The notes below the pieces were generated by a model, which made no database searches, had not been told where the DNA came from, and was given only the letters and a program-made list of their open reading frames with translations. A DNA stretch of 64,000 nucleotides from Azolla caroliniana (lineage: Eukaryota; Plantae; Polypodiophyta): NCBI GenBank assembly GCA_043228905.1, contig JBHGNT010000043.1, positions 62,001-126,000 on the forward strand, read 5' to 3'. Positions within the stretch are counted from its first letter, which is position 1; each line of letters opens with the position of its first letter. Made by a program: the position numbers and the translations under genes. Shown piece by piece: positions 1 to 12,700 of the stretch.

Positions 1-2960
1 ATCATAGGTAGCGTTGTTAGTTTCGATTCGCATGTTTGAACACAAATATCCGATATCACACGAGCGAGGTATCAACATTTTAATTTAGCTACTAGCTCTT
101 CTCAACCACCTCCTCAAATTTGGTAATTTCGTCATGTCTCTCGACCTGAGTTTCAAAATCTTGAATTTTTAAATCCATATCATAGCTAGCGTTGTTAGCT
201 TCGATTCGGAGGTTTGAACACTAAAATCCGACATCACACGAGCCACATATGAACATTTTAATTTACTCACGCGCTCTTCTCAACCACCTCCTCAAATTTG
301 GTAATTTCGTCATGTCTCTCGACCTGAGTTTCACAATCTTGATTTTTTAATTCCATATCATAGCTAGCGTTGTTAGTTTCGATTTGCTTGTTTGAACACA
401 AAAATCCGATATCACACGAGCCACGTATGAACATTTTAATTTAGCTACTAGCTCTTCTCAACCACCTCCTCAAATTTGGTAATTTTTTCATGTCTCTTGA
501 CCTGAGTTTCAAAATCTTGGTTTTTTAATTCTATATCATAGCTAGCGTTGTTAGCTTCGATTCGCATGTTTGAACACAAAAATCCGATATCACACGAGCC
601 ACGTATGAACATTTTAATTTACTCACGCGCTCTTCTCAACTCCCTCCTCAAATTTGCTAATTTCGTCATGTATCTCTACCTGAGTTTCAAAATCTTGATT
701 TTTTAATTCCATATCATAGCTAGCGTTGTTAGTTTCGATTTGCATGTTTGAACACAAAAATCCGATATCACACGAGCCACGTATGAAAATTTTAATTTGG
801 CTACTAGCTCTTCTCAACCACCTCCTCAAATTTAGTAATTTCGTCATGTCTCTCGACCTGAGTTTCAAAATCTTGATTTTTTAATTCTATATCATAGCTA
901 GCGTTGTTAGCTTCGATTCGGAGGTTTGAACACTAAAATCCGATATCACACGAGCCACGTATGGACATTTTAATTTAGCTACTAGCTCTTCTCAACCACC
1001 TCCTCAAATTTGGTAATTTCGTCATGTCTCTCGACCTGAGTTTCAAAATCTTGATTTTTTAAATCTATATCATAGCTAGCGTTGTTAGCTTCGATTCGGA
1101 GGTTTGAACACTAAAATCCGATATCACACGAGCCACATATGAACATTTTAATTTACTCACGCGCTCTTCTACACCACCTCCTCAAATTTGGTAATTTCTT
1201 CATGTCTCCTGACCTGAGTTTCAAAATCTTGATTTTTTAATTCCATATCATAGGTAGCGTTGTTAGTTTCGATTCGCATGTTTGAACACAAAAATCCGAT
1301 ATCACACAAGCCAGGTATCAACATTTTAATTTAGCTACTAGCTCTTCTCAACCACCTCCTCAAATTTGGTAATTTCGTCATGTCTCTCGACCTGAGTTTC
1401 AAAATCTTGATTTTTTAATTCCATATCATAGGTAGCGTTGTTAGTTTCGATTCGCATGTTTGAACACAAAAATCAGATATCACACGAGCCACATATGAAC
1501 ATTTTAATTTACTCACGCGCTCTTCTCAACTCCCTCCTCAAATTTGGTAATTTCGTCATGTCTCTCGACCTGAGTTTCAAAATCTTGATTTTCTAAATCC
1601 ATATCATAGCTAGCGTTGTTAGCTTTGATTCGGAGGTTTGAACACTAAAATCCGACATCACACGAGCCACATATGAACATTTTAATTTACTCACGCGCTC
1701 TTCTCAACCACCTCCTCAAATTTGGTAATTTCATCATGTCTCTCGACCTGAGTTTCAAAATCTTGATTTTTTAATTCCATATCATAGCTAGCGTTGTTAG
1801 TTTCGATTTGCATGTTTGAACACAAAAATCCGATATCACACGAGCCACGTATGAACATTTTAATTTACTCACGCGCTCTTCTCAACCACCTCCTCAAATT
1901 TGGTAATTTCGTCATGTCTCTCAACCTGAGTTTCAAAATCTTGATTTTTTAATTCTATATCATAGCTAGCGTTGTTAGCTTCGATTCGGAGGTTTGAACA
2001 CTAAAATCCGATATGACACGAGCCACATATGAACATTTTAATTTACTCACGCGCTCTTCTCAACCACCTCCTCAAATTTGGTAATTTCGTCATGTCTCTC
2101 GACCTGAGTTTCACAATCTTTATTTTTTAATTCCATATCATAGGTAGCGTTGTTAGTTTCGATTCGCATGTTTGAACACAAATATCCGATATCACACGAG
2201 CGAGGTATCAACATTTTAATTTAGCTACTAGCTCTTCTCAACCACCTCCTCAAATTTGGTAATTTCGTCATGTCTCTTGACCTGAGTTTCAAAATCTTGA
2301 ATTTTTAAATCCATATCATAGCTAGCGTTGTTAGCTTCGATTCGGAGGTTTGAACACTAAAATCCGACATCACACGAGCCACATATGAACATTTTAATTT
2401 ACTCACGCGCTCTTCTCAACCACCTCCTCAAATTTGGTAATTTCGTCATGTCTCTCGACCTGAGTTTCACAATCTTGATTTTTTAATTCCATATCATAGC
2501 TAGCGTTGTTAGTTTCGATTTGCTTGTTTGAACACAAAAATCCGATATCACACGAGCCACGTATGAACATTTTAATTTAGCTACTAGCTCTTCTCAACCA
2601 CCTCCTCAAATTTGGTAATTTCTTCATGTCTCTTGACCTGAGTTTCAAAATCTTGGTTTTTTAATTCTATATCATAGCTAGCGTTGTTAGCTTCGATTCG
2701 CATGTTTGAACACAAAAATCCGATATCACACGAGCCACGTATGAACATTTTAATTTACTCACGCGCTCTTCTCAACTCCCTCCTCAAATTTGCTAATTTC
2801 GTCATGTATCTCTACTTGAGTTTCAAAATCTTGATTTTTTAATTCCATATCATAGGTAGCGTTGTTAGTTTCGATTTGCATGTTTGAACACAAAAATCCG
2901 ATATCACACGAGCCACGTATGAAAATTTTAATTTGGCTACTAGCTCTTCTCAACCACCTC
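1..2960. repeat. Segment duplicated at a 2136-bp (12-monomer) offset
   Basis: Rare variant ttgaattttt at 161 and 2297; aaatatcc...gagcgagg monomer at ~44 and ~2180; ORFs at 623 and 2759 differ by 2136 = 12x178. Confidence 0.8.
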
Positions 2961-3053
2961 CTCAAATTTGCTAATTTCGTCATGTCTCTCGACCTGAGTT
3001 TCAAAATCTTGATTTTTTAAATCCATATCATAGCTAGCGTTGTTAGCTTCGAT
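2955..3053. repeat. Truncated 99-bp monomer (79-bp deletion), copy 1
   Basis: Junction ttagcttcgat|cacctcctc creates GATC at 3051; cacctcc recurs at 2955 and 3054. Confidence 0.95.
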
Positions 3054-4120
3054 CACCTCCTCAAATTTGGTAATTTCGTCATGTCTCTCGACCTGAGTTT
3101 CAAAATCTTGATTTTTTAATTCCATATCATAGCTAGCGTTGTTAGTTTCGATTCGCATGTTTGAACACAAAAATCAGATATCACACGAGCCACATATGAA
3201 CATTTTAATTTGGCTACTAGCTCTTCTCAACCACCTCCTCAAATTTAGTAATTTCGTCATGTCTCTCGACCTGAGTTTCAAAATCTTGATTTTCTAATTC
3301 TATATCATAGCTAGCGTTGTTAGCTTCGATTCGGAGGTTTGAACACTAAAATCCGATATCACACGAGCCACATATGAACATTTTAATTTACTCACGCGCT
3401 GTTCTCAACCACCTCCTCAAATTTGGTAATTTCGTCATGTCTCTCGACCTGAGTTTCAAAATCTTGATTTTTTAATTCCATATCATAGCTAGCGTTGTTA
3501 GCTTCGATTCGCATGTTTGAACACAAAATCCGATATCACACGAGCAAGGTATGAACATTTTAATTTACTCACGCGCTCCTCTCAACTCCCTCCTCAAATT
3601 TGCTAATTTCGTCATGTATCTCTACCTGAGTTTCACAATCTTGATTTTTTAATTCCATATCATAGCTAGCGTTGTTAGTTTCGATTTGCTTGTTTGAACA
3701 CAAAAATCCGATATCACACGAGCCACGTATGAACATTTTAATTTAGCTACTAGCTCTTCTCAACCACCTCCTCAAATTTGGTAATTTCTTCATGTCTCTT
3801 GACCTGAGTTTCAAAATCTTGGTTTTTTAATTCTATATCATAGCTAGCGTTGTTAGCTTCGATTCGCATGTTTGAACACAAAAATCCGATATCACACGAG
3901 CCACGTATGAACATTTTAATTTACTCACGCGCTCTTCTCAACTCCCTCCTCAAATTTGCTAATTTCGTCATGTATCTCTACTTGAGTTTCAAAATCTTGA
4001 TTTTTTAATTCCATATCATAGCTAGCGTTGTTAGTTTCGATTTGCATGTTTGAACACAAAAATCCGATATCACACGAGCCACGTATGAAAATTTTAATTT
4101 GGCTACTAGCTCTTCTCAAC

Positions 4121-4219
4121 CACCTCCTCAAATTTGCTAATTTCGTCATGTCTCTCGACCTGAGTTTCAAAATCTTGATTTTTTAAATCCATATCATAGC
4201 TAGCGTTGTTAGCTTCGAT
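4121..4219. repeat. Truncated 99-bp monomer, copy 2
   Basis: Same junction, GATC at 4217. Confidence 0.95.
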
Positions 4220-4379
4220 CACCTCCTCAAATTTGGTAATTTCGTCATGTCTCTCGACCTGAGTTTCAAAATCTTGATTTTTTAATTCCATATCATAGGT
4301 AGCGTTGTTAGTTTCGATTCGCATGTTTGAACACAAAAATCAGATATCACACGAGCCACATATGAACATTTTAATTTGG

Positions 4380-7300
4380 CTACTAGCTCTTCTCAACCAC
4401 CTCCTCAAATTTAGTAATTTCGTCATGTCTCTCGACCTGAGTTTCAAAATCTTGATTTTCTAATTCTATATCATAGCTAGCGTTGTTAGCTTCGATTCGG
4501 AGGTTTGAACACTAAAATCCGATATCACACGAGCCACATATGAACATTTTAATTTACTCACGCGCTGTTCTCAACCACCTCCTCAAATTTGGTAATTTCG
4601 TCATGTCTCTGGACCTGAGTTTCACAATCTTGATTTTTTAATTCCATATCATAGCTCGCGTTGTTAGTTTCGATTTGCTTGTTTGAACACAAAAATCCGA
4701 TATCACACGAGCCACGTATGAACATTTTAATTTAGCTACTAGCTCTTCTCAACCACCTCCTCAAATTTGGTAATTTCTTCATGTCTCTTGACCTGAGTTT
4801 CAAAATCTTGGTTTTTTAATTCTATATCATAGCTAGCGTTGTTAGCTTCGATTCGCATGTTTGAACACAAAAATCCGATATCACACGAGCCACGTATGAA
4901 CATTTTAATTTACTCACGCGCTCTTCTCAACTCCCTCCTCAAATTTGCTAATTTCGTCATGTATCTCTACCTGAGTTTCAAAATCTTGATTTTTTAATTC
5001 CATATCATAGCTAGCGTTGTTAGTTTCGATTTGCATGTTTGAACACAAAAATCCGATATCACACGAGCCACGTATGAAAATTTTAATTTGGCTACTAGCT
5101 CTTCTCAACCACCTCCTCAAATTTAGTAATTTCGTCATGTCTCTCGACCTGAGTTTCAAAATCTTGATTTTCTAATTCTATATCATAGCTAGCGTTGTTA
5201 GCTTCGATTCGGAGGTTTGAACACTAAAATCCGATATCACACGAGCCACATATGAACATTTTAATTTACTCACGCGCTGTTCTCAACCACCTCCTCAAAT
5301 TTGGTAATTTCGTCATGTCTCTGGACCTGAGTTTCACAATCTTGATTTTTTAATTCCATATCATAGCTAGCGTTGTTAGTTTCGATTTGCTTGTTTGAAC
5401 ACAAAAATCCGATATCACACGAGCCACGTATGAACATTTTAATTTAGCTACTAGCTCTTCTCAACCACCTCCTCAAATTTGGTAATTTCTTCATGTCTCT
5501 TGACCTGAGTTTCAAAATCTTGGTTTTTTAATTCTATATCATAGCTAGCGTTGTTAGCTTCGATTCGCATGTTTGAACACAAAAATCCGATATCACACGA
5601 GCCACGTATGAACATTTTAATTTACTCACGCGCTCTTCTCAACTCCCTCCTCAAATTTGCTAATTTCGTCATGTATCTCTACCTGAGTTTCAAAATCTTG
5701 ATTTTTTAATTCCATATCATAGCTAGCGTTGTTAGTTTCGATTTGCATGTTTGAACACAAAAATCCGATATCACACGAGCCACGTATGAAAATTTTAATT
5801 TGGCTACTAGCTCTTCTCAACCACCTCCTCAAATTTAGTAATTTCGTCATGTCTCTCGACCTGAGTTTCAAAATCTTGATTTTCTAATTCTATATCATAG
5901 CTAGCGTTGTTAGCTTCGATTCGGAGGTTTGAACACTAAAATCCGATATCACACGAGCCACATATGAACATTTTAATTTACTCACGCGCTGTTCTCAACC
6001 ACCTCCTCAAATTTGGTAATTTCGTCATGTCTCTGGACCTGAGTTTCACAATCTTGATTTTTTAATTCCATATCATAGCTAGCGTTGTTAGTTTCGATTT
6101 GCTTGTTTGAACACAAAAATCCGATATCACACGAGCCACGTATGAACATTTTAATTTAGCTACTAGCTCTTCTCAACCACCTCCTCAAATTTGGTAATTT
6201 CTTCATGTCTCTTGACCTGAGTTTCAAAATCTTGGTTTTTTAATTCTATATCATAGCTAGCGTTGTTAGCTTCGATTCGCATGTTTGAACACAAAAATCC
6301 GATATCACACGAGCCACGTATGAACATTTTAATTTACTCACGCGCTCTTCTCAACTCCCTCCTCAAATTTGCTAATTTCGTCATGTATCTCTACCTGAGT
6401 TTCAAAATCTTGATTTTTTAATTCCATATCATAGCTAGCGTTGTTAGTTTCGATTTGCATGTTTGAACACAAAAATCCGATATCACACGAGCCACGTATG
6501 AAAATTTTAATTTGGCTACTAGCTCTTCTCAACCACCTCCTCAAATTTAGTAATTTCGTCATGTCTCTCGACCTGAGTTTCAAAATCTTGATTTTCTAAT
6601 TCTATATCATAGCTAGCGTTGTTAGCTTCGATTCGGAGGTTTGAACACTAAAATCCGATATCACACGAGCCACGTATGAACATTTTAATTTACTCACGCG
6701 CTGTTCTCAACCACCTCCTCAAATTTGCTAATTTCGTCATGTATCTCTACTTGAGTTTCAAAATCTTGATTTTTTAATTCCATATCATAGCTAGCGTTGT
6801 TAGTTTCGATTTGCATGTTTGAACACAAAAATCCGATATCACACGAGCCACGTATGAAAATTTTAATTTGGCTACTAGCTCTTCTCAACCACCTCCTCAA
6901 ATTTGCTAATTTCGTCATGTCTCTCGACCTGAGTTTCAAAATCTTGATTTTTTAAATCCATATCATAGCTAGCGTTGTTAGCTTCGATCACCTCCTCAAA
7001 TTTGGTAATTTCGTCATGTCTCTCGACCTGAGTTTCAAAATCTTGATTTTTTAATTCCATATCATAGGTAGCGTTGTTAGTTTCGATTCGCATGTTTGAA
7101 CACAAAAATCAGATATCACACGAGCCACATATGAACATTTTAATTTGGCTACTAGCTCTTCTCAACCACCTCCTCAAATTTAGTAATTTCGTCATGTCTC
7201 TCGACCTGAGTTTCAAAATCTTGATTTTCTAATTCTATATCATAGCTAGCGTTGTTAGCTTCGATTCGGAGGTTTGAACACTAAAATCCGATATCACACG

Positions 7301-10300
7301 AGCCACATATGAACATTTTAATTTACTCACGCGCTGTTCTCAACCACCTCCTCAAATTTGGTAATTTCGTCATGTCTCTGGACCTGAGTTTCACAATCTT
7401 GATTTTTTAATTCCATATCATAGCTCGCGTTGTTAGTTTCGATTTGCTTGTTTGAACACAAAAATCCGATATCACACGAGCCACGTATGAACATTTTAAT
7501 TTAGCTACTAGCTCTTCTCAACCACCTCCTCAAATTTGGTAATTTCTTCATGTCTCTTGACCTGAGTTTCAAAATCTTGGTTTTTTAATTCTATATCATA
7601 GCTAGCGTTGTTAGCTTCGATTCGCATGTTTGAACACAAAAATCCGATATCACACGAGCCACGTATGAACATTTTAATTTACTCACGCGCTCTTCTCAAC
7701 TCCCTCCTCAAATTTGCTAATTTCGTCATGTATCTCTACCTGAGTTTCAAAATCTTGATTTTTTAATTCCATATCATAGCTAGCGTTGTTAGTTTCGATT
7801 TGCATGTTTGAACACAAAAATCCGATATCACACGAGCCACGTATGAAAATTTTAATTTGGCTACTAGCTCTTCTCAACCACCTCCTCAAATTTAGTAATT
7901 TCGTCATGTCTCTCGACCTGAGTTTCAAAATCTTGATTTTCTAATTCTATATCATAGCTAGCGTTGTTAGCTTCGATTCGGAGGTTTGAACACTAAAATC
8001 CGATATCACACGAGCCACATATGAACATTTTAATTTACTCACGCGCTGTTCTCAACCACCTCCTCAAATTTGGTAATTTCGTCATGTCTCTGGACCTGAG
8101 TTTCACAATCTTGATTTTTTAATTCCATATCATAGCTAGCGTTGTTAGTTTCGATTTGCTTGTTTGAACACAAAAATCCGATATCACACGAGCCACGTAT
8201 GAACATTTTAATTTAGCTACTAGCTCTTCTCAACCACCTCCTCAAATTTGGTAATTTCTTCATGTCTCTTGACCTGAGTTTCAAAATCTTGGTTTTTTAA
8301 TTCTATATCATAGCTAGCGTTGTTAGCTTCGATTCGCATGTTTGAACACAAAAATCCGATATCACACGAGCCACGTATGAACATTTTAATTTACTCACGC
8401 GCTCTTCTCAACTCCCTCCTCAAATTTGCTAATTTCGTCATGTATCTCTACCTGAGTTTCAAAATCTTGATTTTTTAATTCCATATCATAGCTAGCGTTG
8501 TTAGTTTCGATTTGCATGTTTGAACACAAAAATCCGATATCACACGAGCCACGTATGAAAATTTTAATTTGGCTACTAGCTCTTCTCAACCACCTCCTCA
8601 AATTTAGTAATTTCGTCATGTCTCTCGACCTGAGTTTCAAAATCTTGATTTTCTAATTCTATATCATAGCTAGCGTTGTTAGCTTCGATTCGGAGGTTTG
8701 AACACTAAAATCCGATATCACACGAGCCACATATGAACATTTTAATTTACTCACGCGCTGTTCTCAACCACCTCCTCAAATTTGGTAATTTCGTCATGTC
8801 TCTGGACCTGAGTTTCACAATCTTGATTTTTTAATTCCATATCATAGCTAGCGTTGTTAGTTTCGATTTGCTTGTTTGAACACAAAAATCCGATATCACA
8901 CGAGCCACGTATGAACATTTTAATTTAGCTACTAGCTCTTCTCAACCACCTCCTCAAATTTGGTAATTTCTTCATGTCTCTTGACCTGAGTTTCAAAATC
9001 TTGGTTTTTTAATTCTATATCATAGCTAGCGTTGTTAGCTTCGATTCGCATGTTTGAACACAAAAATCCGATATCACACGAGCCACGTATGAACATTTTA
9101 ATTTACTCACGCGCTCTTCTCAACTCCCTCCTCAAATTTGCTAATTTCGTCATGTATCTCTACCTGAGTTTCAAAATCTTGATTTTTTAATTCCATATCA
9201 TAGCTAGCGTTGTTAGTTTCGATTTGCATGTTTGAACACAAAAATCCGATATCACACGAGCCACGTATGAAAATTTTAATTTGGCTACTAGCTCTTCTCA
9301 ACCACCTCCTCAAATTTAGTAATTTCGTCATGTCTCTCGACCTGAGTTTCAAAATCTTGATTTTCTAATTCTATATCATAGCTAGCGTTGTTAGCTTCGA
9401 TTCGGAGGTTTGAACACTAAAATCCGATATCACACGAGCCACGTATGAACATTTTAATTTACTCACGCGCTGTTCTCAACCACCTCCTCAAATTTGGTAA
9501 TTTCGTCATGTCTCTGGACCTGAGTTTCACAATCTTGATTTTTTAATTCCATATCATAGCTCGCGTTGTTAGTTTCGATTTGCTTGTTTGAACACAAAAA
9601 TCCGATATCACACGAGCCACGTATGAACATTTTAATTTAGCTACTAGCTCTTCTCAACCACCTCCTCAAATTTGGTAATTTCTTCATGTCTCTTGACCTG
9701 AGTTTCAAAATCTTGGTTTTTTAATTCTATATCATAGCTAGCGTTGTTAGCTTCGATTCGCATGTTTGAACACAAAAATCCGATATCACACGAGCCACGT
9801 ATGAACATTTTAATTTACTCACGCGCTCTTCTCAACTCCCTCCTCAAATTTGCTAATTTCGTCATGTATCTCTACCTGAGTTTCAAAATCTTGATTTTTT
9901 AATTCCATATCATAGCTAGCGTTGTTAGTTTCGATTTGCATGTTTGAACACAAAAATCCGATATCACACGAGCCACGTATGAAAATTTTAATTTGGCTAC
10001 TAGCTCTTCTCAACCACCTCCTCAAATTTAGTAATTTCGTCATGTCTCTCGACCTGAGTTTCAAAATCTTGATTTTCTAATTCTATATCATAGCTAGCGT
10101 TGTTAGCTTCGATTCGGAGGTTTGAACACTAAAATCCGATATCACACGAGCCACATATGAACATTTTAATTTACTCACGCGCTGTTCTCAACCACCTCCT
10201 CAAATTTGGTAATTTCGTCATGTCTCTGGACCTGAGTTTCACAATCTTGATTTTTTAATTCCATATCATAGCTAGCGTTGTTAGTTTCGATTTGCTTGTT

Positions 10301-12700
10301 TGAACACAAAAATCCGATATCACACGAGCCACGTATGAACATTTTAATTTAGCTACTAGCTCTTCTCAACCACCTCCTCAAATTTGGTAATTTCTTCATG
10401 TCTCTTGACCTGAGTTTCAAAATCTTGGTTTTTTAATTCTATATCATAGCTAGCGTTCTTAGCTTCGATTCGCATGTTTGAACACAAAAATCCGATATCA
10501 CACGAGCCACGTATGAACATTTTAATTTACTCACGCGCTCTTCTCAACTCCCTCCTCAAATTTGCTAATTTCGTCATGTATCTCTACCTGAGTTTCAAAA
10601 TCTTGATTTTTTAATTCCATATCATAGCTAGCGTTGTTAGTTTCGATTTGCATGTTTGAACACAAAAATCCGATATCACACGAGCCACGTATGAAAATTT
10701 TAATTTGGCTACTAGCTCTTCTCAACCACCTCCTCAAATTTAGTAATTTCGTCATGTCTCTCGACCTGAGTTTCAAAATCTTGATTTTCTAATTCTATAT
10801 CATAGCTAGCGTTGTTAGCTTCGATTCGGAGGTTTGAACACTAAAATCCGATATCACACGAGCCACATATGAACATTTTAATTTACTCACGCGCTGTTCT
10901 CAACCACCTCCTCAAATTTGGTAATTTCGTCATGTCTCTGGACCTGAGTTTCACAATCTTGATTTTTTAATTCCATATCATAGCTAGCGTTGTTAGTTTC
11001 GATTTGCTTGTTTGAACACAAAAATCCGATATCACACGAGCCACGTATGAACATTTTAATTTAGCTACTAGCTCTTCTCAACCACCTCCTCAAATTTGGT
11101 AATTTCTTCATGTCTCTTGACCTGAGTTTCAAAATCTTGGTTTTTTAATTCTATATCATAGCTAGCGTTGTTAGCTTCGATTCGCATGTTTGAACACAAA
11201 AATCCGATATCACACGAGCCACGTATGAACATTTTAATTTACTCACGCGCTCTTCTCAACTCCCTCCTCAAATTTGCTAATTTCGTCATGTATCTCTACC
11301 TGAGTTTCAAAATCTTGATTTTTTAATTCCATATCATAGCTAGCGTTGTTAGTTTCGATTTGCATGTTTGAACACAAAAATCCGATATCACACGAGCCAC
11401 GTATGAAAATTTTAATTTGGCTACTAGCTCTTCTCAACCACCTCCTCAAATTTAGTAATTTCGTCATGTCTCTCGACCTGAGTTTCAAAATCTTGATTTT
11501 CTAATTCTATATCATAGCTAGCGTTGTTAGCTTCGATTCGGAGGTTTGAACACTAAAATCCGATATCACACGAGCCACGTATGAACATTTTAATTTACTC
11601 ACGCGCTGTTCTCAACCACCTCCTCAAATTTGGTAATTTCGTCATGTCTCTGGACCTGAGTTTCACAATCTTGATTTTTTAATTCCATATCATAGCTAGC
11701 GTTGTTAGTTTCGATTTGCTTGTTTGAACACAAAAATCCGATATCACACGAGCCACGTATGAACATTTTAATTTAGCTACTAGCTCTTCTCAACCACCTC
11801 CTCAAATTTGGTAATTTCTTCATGTCTCTTGACCTGAGTTTCAAAATCTTGGTTTTTTAATTCTATATCATAGCTAGCGTTGTTAGCTTCGATTCGCATG
11901 TTTGAACACAAAAATCCGATATCACACGAGCCACGTATGAACATTTTAATTTACTCACGCGCTCTTCTCAACTCCCTCCTCAAATTTGCTAATTTCGTCA
12001 TGTATCTCTACCTGAGTTTCAAAATCTTGATTTTTTAATTCCATATCATAGCTAGCGTTGTTAGTTTCGATTTGCATGTTTGAACACAAAAATCCGATAT
12101 CACACGAGCCACGTATGAAAATTTTAATTTGGCTACTAGCTCTTCTCAACCACCTCCTCAAATTTAGTAATTTCGTCATGTCTCTCGACCTGAGTTTCAA
12201 AATCTTGATTTTCTAATTCTATATCATAGCTAGCGTTGTTAGCTTCGATTCGGAGGTTTGAACACTAAAATCCGATATCACACGAGCCACATATGAACAT
12301 TTTAATTTACTCACGCGCTGTTCTCAACCACCTCCTCAAATTTGGTAATTTCGTCATGTCTCTCGACCTGAGTTTCACAATCTTGATTTTTTAATTCCAT
12401 ATCATAGCTAGCGTTGTTAGTTTCGATTTGCTTGTTTGAACACAAAAATCCGATATCACACGAGCCACGTATGAACATTTTAATTTAGCTACTAGCTCTT
12501 CTCAACCACCTCCTCAAATTTGGTAATTTCTTCATGTCTCTTGACCTGAGTTTCAAAATCTTGGTTTTTTAATTCTATATCATAGCTAGCGTTGTTAGCT
12601 TCGATTCGCATGTTTGAACACAAAAATCCGATATCACACGAGCCACGTATGAACATTTTAATTTACTCACGCGCTCTTCTCAACCACCTCCTCAAATTTG
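4380..12700. repeat. 712-bp 4-monomer higher-order repeat domain, interrupted once at ~6.7-7.15 kb
   Basis: Identical 81-aa ORFs at 4914/5626/6338 and 7683/8395/9107/9819/10531/11243/11955, each 712 apart. Diagnostic variants gctgttctc, ctctggacc, cttggtttt and gtatctctacc recur with the same period. Confidence 0.95.
6890..6988. repeat. Truncated 99-bp monomer, copy 3
   Basis: Same junction, GATC at 6986. Confidence 0.95.

Noticed and set aside
105-116. Minus-strand GAGGAGGTGG as a Shine-Dalgarno site
   Set aside because: It is a fixed part of every monomer, lies inside or at the ends of the spurious ORFs, and the context is not a prokaryotic gene region.
1-178. Identity with Arabidopsis CEN178 or alpha satellite with a CENP-B box
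   Set aside because: Only the length is similar. The sequence does not resemble those consensuses as I recall them, and no complete CENP-B box (TTCG....A..CGGG) is visible.
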